Positions 1 through 9,147 of a stretch of 22,759 nt of DNA are shown here, one piece after another (position 1 is the stretch's first letter; each line of letters begins with the position of its first letter). The position numbers and the translations under genes were made by a program. The DNA comes from Chlamydiales bacterium (GTDB taxonomy: Bacteria; Chlamydiota; Chlamydiia; Chlamydiales; JBDQID01). The stretch is taken from positions 1 to 22,759 of the forward strand of contig JBLFWS010000040.1 of NCBI GenBank assembly GCA_047611865.1, read 5' to 3'. The notes beneath the pieces are model-generated. The model had not been told where the DNA came from. It made no database searches and worked only from the letters and a program-made list of their open reading frames with translations.

Positions 1-2
1 AA

Positions 3-722
3 GGCTCAGAATACGTGTCTGGTGTGAAGGTTCAAACTCCAGCAACTAGGGCTAAGTTAGCCAAGCTTCAAGCGAAAGACTTAACGAATCTGGAAAGACG
101 TTTCAATGAGTCTGCTGAGAAGAGAGCTAATGTCATTATGGATACAATCTCTACCGGTGCTAAGAAAGGTCAGCCAGAGTACTTAGAGCTTGCTCAAAAA
201 CTTCGCACAGAGTTTTCAGATTGGCAGCTAGGACATAACAGCGAGTTGATCGGAAAAATTGATGGTTTCTTAGCGACAGCTGAGAGTGACATGGGCGCAG
301 CTAAAGATGAAGTTGCTGCTTTCCGTCAAGAGAGAAAGGATGCAATGGCAGATAGAATGGCTGCTTATACGGCTGTTCATACGGAAGCTGCTCATACGGC
401 AGCTGCTGAGGGAATGACCTTTAATCCTAAAGCTGCAGTAACTAGTGCTGCATATGATGCAGTTAGTTTTGATAGATACCAGGGTCAAATTGCTAGAACA
501 GTAGACTTTAATAAATTCTCTAATGATAGCAATGCTAAACCTGATGGTTACGGTGCTCGTTTGACCGGACTTTCTAGACGTATAAGAATTGCTCAGCATA
601 TAGCTGTAAAGCCACCAAAGCAAGGTAGAGCTAGAAGGACCGTAGCTGGTGTTGCAGCAGTTGTAAGATTGATTCCTGGAGGAGGTTTTGTAGTTGGAAG
701 GACTCCAGTTGCAGTACAATAA
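3..722 (+). CDS. Hypothetical Ala-rich, largely helical protein; 5'-truncated by the window edge
   Basis: The frame is open from nt 3 (ggc tca gaa tac gtg...), so the GTG at 15 is probably not the true start. Strong bias to T/A-ending codons (GCT, GAT, AAA, GTT) supports real coding. A terminator follows. No family recognised. Confidence 0.75.
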   Translation, partial: GSEYVSGVKVQTPATRAKLAKLQAKDLTNLERRFNESAEKRANVIMDTISTGAKKGQPEYLELAQKLRTEFSDWQLGHNSELIGKIDGFLATAESDMGAAKDEVAAFRQERKDAMADRMAAYTAVHTEAAHTAAAEGMTFNPKAAVTSAAYDAVSFDRYQGQIARTVDFNKFSNDSNAKPDGYGARLTGLSRRIRIAQHIAVKPPKQGRARRTVAGVAAVVRLIPGGGFVVGRTPVAVQ

Positions 723-750
723 TTTAAGTTCTAAAAAAAGAATTTAAGCG

Positions 751-783
751 AAAACCTCACCTTGAAAAAGGTGGGGTTTTTTT
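751..783. terminator. Bidirectional Rho-independent terminator between the convergent orphan ORF and sdhB
   Basis: AAAACCTCACCTT-GAAA-AAGGTGGGGTTTT-TTT hairpin, with a T-run on the right and an A-run on the left. Confidence 0.85.
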
Positions 784-806
784 GTGCTTAAAATACGTCA
801 ATGTCT

Positions 807-1577
807 TCAGTCTTCTCTGTCGGGAAAGCTAAAGAAGTCACGAAAGGCTTGTAAGGTGGTGTCTCGGCCGAGAGCAGCGATTGCATCAGTTAGGGGGATT
901 TCTTTGGGGCAGACTCTGACACAATTTTGAGCGTTCCCGCAACCTGAGATTCCACCTTCTTCCATAAGGGGACGGAGTCTTTTGTCGCGCTGCATTTTTC
1001 CGGTGGGGTGGGCATTAAATAGACGTACTTGTGCGATGGGAGCGGGGCCTACAAAAGAAGAATTATCATTAACCTCTGGGCAAGCCTCTGAGCAACAGCC
1101 ACACGTCATGCATGTTGATAAGGTGTACATGATCTCTTGCTTTTTCTGACTGATCTTGGGGCCAGGACCTGTATCGAAAGAACCGTCCACATCGATCCAG
1201 GCATTTACCTTTTTGAGGTTTTCAAACATCTGATTTCGATCAACGATTAGGTCTCTAACCAAGGGGAACTTGGTAAAGGGGGCTAAAGTGACGGTATTAC
1301 TGGAGCTGCCTTTGAGTAGGTTGCTGATCAGTGCCGTACATGCTTGGCGTGGTTTTCCGTCTACGAGCATAGAACAGGATCCGCACACTTCTTCCAAACA
1401 GCCATCTTCCCATACAACGGGCTCGACTCTTTTCCCTTCTTTATTGACAGGTTTTTTACGGATTTCCATTAATGAAGAGATTACATTCATGGAATGGACG
1501 AGGTCGAGCTCGAATTCTTCCCAATATTGCATGCCGGGGTGGCCACGAAATATTTTTAAGGTAAAGGTATCTGCCAT
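807..1577 (-). CDS. sdhB: Succinate dehydrogenase iron-sulfur subunit
   Basis: Cys clusters CLEEVCGSC...QAC, CMTCGCCSEACP and CGNAQNCVRVCP. Start reassigned from 1610 to the ATG at 1577 (MADTFTLKIF), which has an AGAGGGG Shine-Dalgarno upstream. Confidence 0.95.
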   Translation of the reverse strand: MADTFTLKIFRGHPGMQYWEEFELDLVHSMNVISSLMEIRKKPVNKEGKRVEPVVWEDGCLEEVCGSCSMLVDGKPRQACTALISNLLKGSSSNTVTLAPFTKFPLVRDLIVDRNQMFENLKKVNAWIDVDGSFDTGPGPKISQKKQEIMYTLSTCMTCGCCSEACPEVNDNSSFVGPAPIAQVRLFNAHPTGKMQRDKRLRPLMEEGGISGCGNAQNCVRVCPKEIPLTDAIAALGRDTTLQAFRDFFSFPDRED

Positions 1578-1610
1578 TACTATCCCCTCTAGGGCGTGGT
1601 TTCCAAACAT

Positions 1611-1635
1611 GAAAAAGTGCTTATGGCACCTTTTC
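1611..1635 (-). promoter_or_regulatory. Intercistronic stem-loop between sdhA and sdhB
   Basis: Minus strand reads GAAAAGGTGC-CATAA-GCACTTTTTC, a 10-bp stem with one G-U pair. Confidence 0.4.
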
Positions 1636-1662
1636 TGTACTTTTGTCTCGACCGCAACTTAG

Positions 1663-3558
1663 TTAAATAGGCAATCGTAAATTTGCGGGAACATTGTCCA
1701 ATTTGGGTTTGACCTTTTTAGCTGTGGTGTAATCTCTCATAATAGGTTTTAAGTGACGTGTATCGACCTTAGCGTAGGAAATGTCCGGTTCTCCATTATG
1801 AGGATCGTGAGAGGCGATGGTCGTTTTAAGCCAGTTTTCATCATCTCTATCAGGGAATTCTGGTTTGTAATGGGCTCCCCGGAATTCATTGCGGAGTAAA
1901 GCCCCTTTTGTGATGACGAGGCTAAGCTCTAGCATACTTTTAAACTGGTTTGCAAAAGCGTAGGTTTGATTAGCGAAGCGTCCACGGTCATCCAGGGAAA
2001 TATTTTGGTATCTATCGCGAATTTCCTGTATTCTTTTTATTGTCTGCGCAAGGCCTTCATTACTACGCTTTACTGTAACATTACTGATCATTGTATCGGA
2101 AAGCTCGTCATGAAGGACGTGAACATTTTCTTCTCCGTTGCGGGATAGGAGATCTTTTTTAAAGTTCTCTTCTTCCTGTAAGCTTCTTTCAAATACTGAC
2201 GAAGGAGTATCCTGGAAATTGGAAGAAAGGTTTTCCAGGTACTTGGGAACTTCTACACCAGTGACAAGTCCTCCGAAAATGCAGGACAGCAAAGAGTTAG
2301 CACCTAATCGGTTTGCTCCGTGGTATTGAAAGTCGGACTCCCCTGCATTGAAACATCCTACGAGGTTTGTCATCTGCCGATAGCGCTTTTCTCTATCCGG
2401 GTCGTCTGCCGCGGGCCAGTCTACCCAGGCTCCTCCCATAGAATAGTGCACAGCGGGGAAGATTTTCATGGGGACGTGTTTGGGATCGTCGCCAGTGAAT
2501 TTTTCATAAATGTCTAATACGGATTTGAGCTTTTGTTTGCTTTCTTCGGGTAGGTGAGTAATGTCGAGGTTTACCTGCATCTCGCCATTGACACCCATGC
2601 CAAGTTCACAAACACGAAGGACTTCTCTTGCCCCGATATCTCTTGGCACCAGGTTACCGAAGGCAGGATACATTTCTTCTAGGAAATACCAGGGCTTGCC
2701 GGTCTTTCCGCAGGAAATAGTTTCCCCGTTTGGTGCGAGGATCGTTTTGGAAGAATTGCCTTCTACCCACACTCGGCCTCCCTCTCCCCTCACAGATTCA
2801 GATATTAAGCGTAGTTTGTCGGCTCCAGGGATGGCAGTAGGATGTATTTGTATAAATTCTCCGTTAGCATAATGCATGCCTTGCATAAACAGACGGCCAT
2901 TGGCAGCTCCTGTACAGAACGTAGAGTTTGTAGATTTTTTGAAAATCAGGCCAGGGCCACCAGTAGCAATCACGACAGCATCGGCTTTAAGGATGCCAAG
3001 CTTTTGATTGAAGAGGTCCATGATGACAACACCGCGTGCGATGTTATTGGAATCAAGTATGAGGCGCATAAATTCATGATGTTCATACTTCTCCACCGTT
3101 CCCTTGACTTCATGGCGGCGAACTTGTTCATCAAGGGAGTAGAGCAATTGTTGTCCAGTAGAGGCTCCACAAAAAGCAGTTCTGTTGTATAGCGTCCCAC
3201 CGAAGCGGCGGAAATCAAGGCTCCCCTCTGGTGTACGATTGAATGTGCAGCCAAAACGGTCCATCATTCTGATGAGGGCGGGGGCGCTCATACACATTTC
3301 TACGATGGGGGGTTGGTCTGCAAGGAAGTCTCCTCCCTTAATCGTGTCGTAGGCATGAATAGTTGGAGAGTCGTCTTCTCCCATGAGGTTCATGGCGGCG
3401 TTAATACCTCCCTGAGCACATACGGAGTGAGATCGTTTTACTTTTGTAACGGAGACGAGCTTTACGCTACACCCATTTTCTGCGAGTTTCATGGTGGCTG
3501 ATAATCCAGCCAAGCCGCCACCAATTACGATGACTTGTTTGGGGGAGGGATTGCTCAT
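1663..3558 (-). CDS. sdhA: Succinate dehydrogenase flavoprotein subunit (Bacillus-like)
   Basis: GGGLAG FAD-binding loop, RSHSVCAQGGIN covalent-FAD His motif, QIHPT, SESVRGEGG, HYSMGG, HGANRLGANSL, RNEFRGAHY. Confidence 0.97.
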   Translation of the reverse strand: MSNPSPKQVIVIGGGLAGLSATMKLAENGCSVKLVSVTKVKRSHSVCAQGGINAAMNLMGEDDSPTIHAYDTIKGGDFLADQPPIVEMCMSAPALIRMMDRFGCTFNRTPEGSLDFRRFGGTLYNRTAFCGASTGQQLLYSLDEQVRRHEVKGTVEKYEHHEFMRLILDSNNIARGVVIMDLFNQKLGILKADAVVIATGGPGLIFKKSTNSTFCTGAANGRLFMQGMHYANGEFIQIHPTAIPGADKLRLISESVRGEGGRVWVEGNSSKTILAPNGETISCGKTGKPWYFLEEMYPAFGNLVPRDIGAREVLRVCELGMGVNGEMQVNLDITHLPEESKQKLKSVLDIYEKFTGDDPKHVPMKIFPAVHYSMGGAWVDWPAADDPDREKRYRQMTNLVGCFNAGESDFQYHGANRLGANSLLSCIFGGLVTGVEVPKYLENLSSNFQDTPSSVFERSLQEEENFKKDLLSRNGEENVHVLHDELSDTMISNVTVKRSNEGLAQTIKRIQEIRDRYQNISLDDRGRFANQTYAFANQFKSMLELSLVITKGALLRNEFRGAHYKPEFPDRDDENWLKTTIASHDPHNGEPDISYAKVDTRHLKPIMRDYTTAKKVKPKLDNVPANLRLPI

Positions 3559-3559
3559 C

Positions 3560-3814
3560 TTATGCTTGATCCTTTTCTAGGAGAAGGTTGTATATCCAGG
3601 CCAAGAAGAAAAAGAAGAAAAAACCGTCAGCAAAGCCATACAGAAGACCTAGGAAGCAGCCCCAAAGGGAAGCGTTGTATCCTGGGTAGATGTCTATGAT
3701 AATTTCTACAAGCTTTGGGGCATAGCCGAAAAAAGAGGAAAGCAGGGTGATTAGAAATAGAGACAGGCCAGAAAGAGTTCCACCAGCAATACCGAGTTTT
3801 ACTTTGTTCAACAT
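3560..3814 (-). CDS. Small two-TM membrane protein, resembling the widespread family often annotated 'bacteriophage holin'
   Basis: 84 aa with two hydrophobic helices and the motif IYPGY..S..G...GL.YGF.DGF......AW.YN. SD AGGAGA upstream. Its stop is 1 nt before the sdhA ATG. Confidence 0.75.
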   Translation of the reverse strand: MLNKVKLGIAGGTLSGLSLFLITLLSSFFGYAPKLVEIIIDIYPGYNASLWGCFLGLLYGFADGFFFFFFLAWIYNLLLEKDQA

Positions 3815-3837
3815 AATTATTCTTCTCCTGATTATTT

Positions 3838-4836
3838 CTAATATTTTAAATTAATCCAGTATGTTCCCCAGACAGAAGCCAAGCCAAAAAAGGCGAGTAG
3901 ACCCATAAGTCCCGTTGTAATAGTTCTCATTGTTCGTTGAGACTGAGGCGTTACCGCAATTCCCCAGCTTATGAGGAAGGTCCAAAGGCCATTTGATGCA
4001 TGGAAGCAGGCCGAAAGAACAAAGATGGTGTATAATGCCAGCATGAGGGGATTTTTAAAAGTATCTCTTACAACGAGTAAGGTAGCCGTCCCAAAGCTAG
4101 AGGAGGTAGTGATTACTTCTCCTTCACTTATGGCTTTACTTTGAAGTACTCCAAGCCATTCCTTTTTCAGATTATATTCCTGGACTTCTTCAAGATATTC
4201 TTCTTTGTCAGGGTCGTAAAACGTCTTCTTCGGAATTTCCAATAAGTCAATGGCAAGGGTAGCTTCATCGACAGTACTAGTGGCTTCCAGCTTTTCTAGT
4301 GAAACTTGTTCTTCGTGAATTTTTTTTGCGTCAAATATTTGAAAATCAAGTCGTTCGCTGAGAGTGTAAAGACCATCATCCATAGAAACCAGGGTCATGT
4401 AGGTCGTATTGGCTCCGCTGCCACTATGCTCAGGGTAATTGATAAAGCGCATTTGAATGACATGGGCGAATATCCCTATAAGGAGAATCCATGAAGTGAT
4501 CCTCTGCCAGGTATACGCCTGGTTGCGGTGGTATTCTCCGAGGGCGGGAGTGCTGCCGTCCGAGGGGAAGCTATTGATGCTTCCAGTTCGTAAGTACTGG
4601 ACTCCCCAGATCATGTGAATGGCAAATGGAACTCCAAGCAAAAATGCTTCTATAAAGGGTAGGTATGGCAGGTCATGAATGGAATTTACCATTTTGATGA
4701 AACCGTAGCCATCCTGGCCTATCAGTAAAGCAGCTTGTGAGTTGGTCAACAAGTGCTCTAATAAGAACAAGACGAGAAACACACCCATGAGGGAGTGAAT
4801 TCTTCTCCATATAAATGACGTTGCTAGATTGCTCAT
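3838..4836 (-). CDS. sdhC: Succinate dehydrogenase cytochrome b558 subunit (single-subunit, di-haem, type B anchor)
   Basis: Four haem-ligand His motifs (RRIHSLMG, AIHMIWG, FAHVIQMR, CFHASNGLW), five TM segments, and position upstream of sdhA/sdhB. Confidence 0.92.
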   Translation of the reverse strand: MSNLATSFIWRRIHSLMGVFLVLFLLEHLLTNSQAALLIGQDGYGFIKMVNSIHDLPYLPFIEAFLLGVPFAIHMIWGVQYLRTGSINSFPSDGSTPALGEYHRNQAYTWQRITSWILLIGIFAHVIQMRFINYPEHSGSGANTTYMTLVSMDDGLYTLSERLDFQIFDAKKIHEEQVSLEKLEATSTVDEATLAIDLLEIPKKTFYDPDKEEYLEEVQEYNLKKEWLGVLQSKAISEGEVITTSSSFGTATLLVVRDTFKNPLMLALYTIFVLSACFHASNGLWTFLISWGIAVTPQSQRTMRTITTGLMGLLAFFGLASVWGTYWINLKY

Positions 4837-4842
4837 GTCATC

Positions 4843-4871
4843 ACTTTAGCAACACAGAAATCTTTTGACAA
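4843..4871 (-). promoter_or_regulatory. Putative sigma70/sigma66 promoter of the sdh operon
   Basis: Minus strand TTGTCA-N17-TAAAGT with an extended-10 TG. The -10 box ends 6 nt before the sdhC ATG. Confidence 0.5.
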
Positions 4872-4959
4872 GAGTAAGAGTTTGTTAAATGGTAACGAAG
4901 CTAAGGGTGATTTGGGGGTCGTTGATTTAAAGGGGTTTATGTTTTAGCGTAATGAGAGA

Positions 4960-7900
4960 TTATTGCTTGCTTGTCCCAAAGGCCCCTGTGATTTTCTTGA
5001 CGTTATCAGTAGCTTGGAAAGCACCGGATGCTTCTTCAGCATTCGGACCATAGAAAGCTCCCGCAAAACCACTCGATGTACTTACCCCGTTATATGTTGT
5101 AGTTCCAGCAAAGTGATGAGTTCCGGAACCGATAGACCCGGTGAGGGAAATGTCTGAAATGTCAGTCCCTAAGTTTATAGAGCCTGTTAAGTTTCCGTTG
5201 CTGAAATCCACATCTAGAGAAGCCGATCCCAAGCGAAGATCACCGAAGGTATCTGTACCATCGAAGACACTGGCAATGGCTGCTCCCGAATAATGGGCTG
5301 TTGGGGTAGCTGATGCGACGTTGGTCATATTAGGGAGATTTGCAGTAGTATTGTCGCCTATGCCAAAGAATCCGAAAGCTCTTTTATTTGTGCTGGCACC
5401 TTTTGTTCCCCAGATTCCCCAGGAAATATATGTAAAACTATCTGTACCGGGTAGGCTTGATACCCAGGTATTGGGAATGTCTAAAGTTTCGGATGTGAAT
5501 GTTGAGCCAAATGATCCGGCATTATTACTTTCCGAGGATTGAAGGTTGGTGATGAAGGCTTCTTTACTGATAAAGGTGTTGATGTCGCTGCTTGAAGTTG
5601 TCAGGTTAAAAGAGGCTGAATTTGAAGAGTCTACTACAGAGACTGTGGCACTGGTACTGCCAAAGGAGCTAGCTATTACTAAATCCAGTGTGCTTAAGCC
5701 ACTCAGGAGGCTGACGGAGTTATTACTGTCGATACTCACACCCTTCATTGCCCCATGAAAACTTAAGGATGGTAAAACAGAGTAAGTTTCTGCCTGGGCT
5801 GCTAAACTAACACCATACTGGGCTTCGAGAGTGCTTGGTGATGACGTGTCCACATATTGTCTCTGAAACTCTAAGAACAAACTTTGGCCATTAGTACTTG
5901 CAAAACTTCCTGAAAATGATCCACTGCTATCAATGGATGTGGAGTACATTCCTCCACTTGTGACATTGGAGCCCTCTTTTGAGAGTACTGTGGTCCAGCC
6001 GCTGAATGTTTCGTTATTAACAATGGAACTCGTTTGGCCTTTGGTGATGACGATACTTCCGCTAGGGAGGAAAGTCATACCTGTAAGATAGTTATTGGTG
6101 AGGTTGGCAAGGTAGTAAGAGAAGCCGAAATCGGTGAATACCGGAGAGGTGCTTTGAGTACTTGTATGAGTATCTATACCGCTGTGGAGGCTGGCGCCCT
6201 TATAAAGCAGATAATTATTCGTTGATTGCACAGGGGATTTAATACCGGCTACCCAGAAGTTGTGCAGGCCGGGATAGATGCTATTATTTGGGTCGTCTTC
6301 CACAGCATTCCAGATTCCCCACATAACCCCTTGGGGAGAACTACTTTGCGAGTTTATTGTGACTTCGGGTGGATCTAGAGCGAAGATAAAACTGGCATCT
6401 TGTAAAATTTTGAAACTACTATCACTGGAACCCAATTCACTGAATAAATGATCGTGGTTTAAACCATAGCTATTCTCAATGCTGAGACTATTTGTGATTT
6501 GATTGTTATTACTATCTGTTCTTTTTAGGCTTAAGCTTCCACTAAGGCTTTTGTTAGCAAAGTCAGTCGTTAAAGTGATGTCATTTGTTATATGATCAAA
6601 CTCAAGAGCGCTTGTGCCTTTAATGTTTATACCGTGACCAAAGCCTGTATAAGTGGCATCTGCGTCTATGGTGATTGTTTCATTAGTTTGGTGGAATCCA
6701 GCAGAAGTGAAAAAGCCATCTGAACCGTCGCTTCCTTGCACACCTAGACCTTGTCCATCGCTACCATATATATGACCATTTCCAGAGAAAGTGTTTAATA
6801 GGGTGTCGTTGAGTATTAGTGTGTCGAAGTTGAAATCGGTAGTAGCGTCAGCATTATCGCCAATTACCAAGCTGGTGGTAGACGGTTGGTATCCTAGTGT
6901 GTTGTAGAGATGTACGCTTGAAATACTTCCATCGGTACCGAGGATACCCGTATAAATAAAGGCGGGAACTTTGATTTCATCAAACAGAATGGGGAGGCTA
7001 AAAGTACTTGTATTTGTAGTCGTACTAGTAGGAATACTGTCTGTTTCTTCTTGACCAAATTGAGCGAGGTCAAAATGGGTAAATGAAGCACCGATGACTT
7101 TCCCTTGATCAAAGTCGGCAATGGTTCCAGAATCAAAGCCTAGGCTAAATATGTTTGAACCCTTTGTAAGGAGAGCCCCTCGTACATCCTGGAAGATACC
7201 TGTCGAAAGAGTAGAGGAAAGATCATGAGAATCAGTGGTATACATACGAACCCCTGATAGGGGGATCTGTGATGCAGTGCTTTCTGAACCAAAAAAAAGT
7301 AATTCTTCTGTTCCTGTTGTTCCTACAATGCTTTCTCTATCTACAACGAAAAATTCGTTTAAATTATCGTACATTCTTTGAAAAAATTCTGTCCCGGAGG
7401 AGATTTCGTCTGAAATTGTTTGAGTATAGCTCGAACCACTAATGGTGGGTAAACTTTGCTCGAATAATTCACTGGAGCCTTCAAAGGTAATCTGTAATAT
7501 TCCAGAACCTTCCAGGCGATTTCCGAAAGTTTTTCCTCCTCCACTTGAGAAGACACCATCTGTAACGGCAACTCTGGCAAAATGACCGGTGTAATCGAAG
7601 AGGGAGCTCTCATCAGAGATAGCGGCATCTTGGGAGATGACCGTCTCACTATAGATAACATCAGAAGCTACGTCAGAAATATCTTGCACATCGGAAACAA
7701 TTTCAGTGGTGTCGGGTACGTAGATCTTAAAGTCTGTATCAGGAATGACGTCTTCAAAGCTGTAGTTTTCCAATGCGTCAATAGAAAATGCCTCTGCATA
7801 GGCTTCACTTTCATAAGAAAAATCGATTGTAGCGACAGGCTCATCGATCGACGTATCGTAGTCCATAAGTCCAAATTCATCTGTTTCTACGTCAAATTCA

Positions 7901-8994
7901 TTTGAGGCAAGGCTGTCTTCGTATTCTGGAACTTCACCAGCTGCATATGTACCCTCTTCCACATCTTGAGATTCATCATAAGTCGCTGTGTCTTCAAGCT
8001 TTCCTTCTTCTTCGACAAGGGGGGCCTCTTCTTCAGGTGCCTCTTCTTCGGTTTCAGGAAGGGACTGTTCATCACTCTCAGGTTCTTCATCTTCAAGAGC
8101 TTTCTCTTCAGCTAATGGTTCCTCATCTTCATTTTCTTCCGGCTCTTCTTCAGCTACCTGCTCCTCTTCCTCACGTTCTTCGTCCTCTTGCTCGTTTTGT
8201 TCACTAGAAGCTTCTTCTTCCTTCGCCTTTTCCTCAGCTCGATTTTTCTTTGCTTTATCGATACGTTTATTCTCTTCTACTGCGTATTTCTTTCCTGGAG
8301 ACTGAGTGAAAGTGACTTTGTTGACGGAACCTTTATCATTAATGGTAAAACCTTTACCAGAGCTTGTAACTAACCTTACTGGAGGGGCAGATGAACCGGG
8401 AGGGCGAGTTGTTGGAGCCATTGTGACAGCGTGTCCACCTTTTTTCATTAATTCCAATTTTTTAGGTCGTCCTGGAATTCGGCCATCAGAGGTGGATACT
8501 TCGGCAGAGGTTCCTCTGATACCTATAACAGCAGTTGCTGTCTCCAGCTTGAAGTTTTGTGGAGCGATCTTTCCAATTTTTCCGGCCATAAAGGTAAGTA
8601 GGCCATTGTTTACTTGGCCTGTGTAGTTAACGTCCCCATCGGGTCGGAATGAATAGGATTTTAACGTCAGATCACTGCTGCCATGTATACTGATTTTGGA
8701 TTGGTCCATAAAGGCGATTTGCATGAAAGCACCCAAGCCTGTGTCAATGCGATCACCCACTGATAGGAGGTCCTTTAGTTTGGCTAGCTTTTTTGTTCCA
8801 TCTTTTTTTCTTATAAGAGCTTTACCTTTGAGAGAAACGACGATTGCTATTTTTTCATCATTTTTAAAAGGGCCTTGCACTTTAGGGGCATAGGTAGGTT
8901 TAGCTTCTTCACCTTCGGAGGCCGTGGAAGGGAAGGCTCCAAATAAACAGCAGCTTAGGAAAAAGTGCAGAAAAAAGAGAGAGTACCTCTTCAT
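4960..8994 (-). CDS. Exported FecR-domain protein with acidic linker and C-terminal TbpB-like beta-barrel modules (paralogue A)
   Basis: N-terminal signal peptide MKRYSLFFLHFFLSCCLFG. FecR-like segment GDRIDTG...F.D.S.I...S.L....Y...F.L.T.TAVIGIRGT. Glu-rich linker, Ser/Thr/Gly-rich beta modules, and C-terminus FAGAFYGPNAEEASGAF...ITGAFG. Confidence 0.8.
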   Translation of the reverse strand: MKRYSLFFLHFFLSCCLFGAFPSTASEGEEAKPTYAPKVQGPFKNDEKIAIVVSLKGKALIRKKDGTKKLAKLKDLLSVGDRIDTGLGAFMQIAFMDQSKISIHGSSDLTLKSYSFRPDGDVNYTGQVNNGLLTFMAGKIGKIAPQNFKLETATAVIGIRGTSAEVSTSDGRIPGRPKKLELMKKGGHAVTMAPTTRPPGSSAPPVRLVTSSGKGFTINDKGSVNKVTFTQSPGKKYAVEENKRIDKAKKNRAEEKAKEEEASSEQNEQEDEEREEEEQVAEEEPEENEDEEPLAEEKALEDEEPESDEQSLPETEEEAPEEEAPLVEEEGKLEDTATYDESQDVEEGTYAAGEVPEYEDSLASNEFDVETDEFGLMDYDTSIDEPVATIDFSYESEAYAEAFSIDALENYSFEDVIPDTDFKIYVPDTTEIVSDVQDISDVASDVIYSETVISQDAAISDESSLFDYTGHFARVAVTDGVFSSGGGKTFGNRLEGSGILQITFEGSSELFEQSLPTISGSSYTQTISDEISSGTEFFQRMYDNLNEFFVVDRESIVGTTGTEELLFFGSESTASQIPLSGVRMYTTDSHDLSSTLSTGIFQDVRGALLTKGSNIFSLGFDSGTIADFDQGKVIGASFTHFDLAQFGQEETDSIPTSTTTNTSTFSLPILFDEIKVPAFIYTGILGTDGSISSVHLYNTLGYQPSTTSLVIGDNADATTDFNFDTLILNDTLLNTFSGNGHIYGSDGQGLGVQGSDGSDGFFTSAGFHQTNETITIDADATYTGFGHGINIKGTSALEFDHITNDITLTTDFANKSLSGSLSLKRTDSNNNQITNSLSIENSYGLNHDHLFSELGSSDSSFKILQDASFIFALDPPEVTINSQSSSPQGVMWGIWNAVEDDPNNSIYPGLHNFWVAGIKSPVQSTNNYLLYKGASLHSGIDTHTSTQSTSPVFTDFGFSYYLANLTNNYLTGMTFLPSGSIVITKGQTSSIVNNETFSGWTTVLSKEGSNVTSGGMYSTSIDSSGSFSGSFASTNGQSLFLEFQRQYVDTSSPSTLEAQYGVSLAAQAETYSVLPSLSFHGAMKGVSIDSNNSVSLLSGLSTLDLVIASSFGSTSATVSVVDSSNSASFNLTTSSSDINTFISKEAFITNLQSSESNNAGSFGSTFTSETLDIPNTWVSSLPGTDSFTYISWGIWGTKGASTNKRAFGFFGIGDNTTANLPNMTNVASATPTAHYSGAAIASVFDGTDTFGDLRLGSASLDVDFSNGNLTGSINLGTDISDISLTGSIGSGTHHFAGTTTYNGVSTSSGFAGAFYGPNAEEASGAFQATDNVKKITGAFGTSKQ

Positions 8995-9147
8995 CAGAAC
9001 CTTTATTTTTCGAAAAAATTAAGCACAGTTTATTTCAAGATGTACTGTGATCCACATGTACCATCGTCATAAAATGGATTTACTTTAGAGATAAAGGACA
9101 GAGGAGATTGGCCTGCGTGTTACAGGAATCTTACGTTGAAATATTTA

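Noticed and set aside
270..719. 149-aa antisense ORF rich in Ser/Cys
   Set aside because: Shadow of the codon-biased plus-strand gene (GCT reads AGC, GCA reads TGC).
757..773. Terminator hairpin TCACCTTGAAAAAGGTG resembles block E (TCACCCTTGAAAAGGGTG)
   Set aside because: Too short, and hairpin symmetry halves the information content, so it is probably coincidence.
3560..3814. Prophage remnant implied by the holin-like gene
   Set aside because: No endolysin, structural gene, integrase or att site anywhere in the window.
7902..8305. Ser-rich and Leu/Gln-rich plus-strand ORFs
   Set aside because: Antisense shadows of the GAA-rich acidic linker of paralogue A.
8940..8994. Lipobox in paralogue A (FLSCC)
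   Set aside because: Not a canonical [LVI][ASTVI][GAS]C match, and paralogue B has no Cys there. SPase I cleavage is equally plausible, so I did not call it a lipoprotein.
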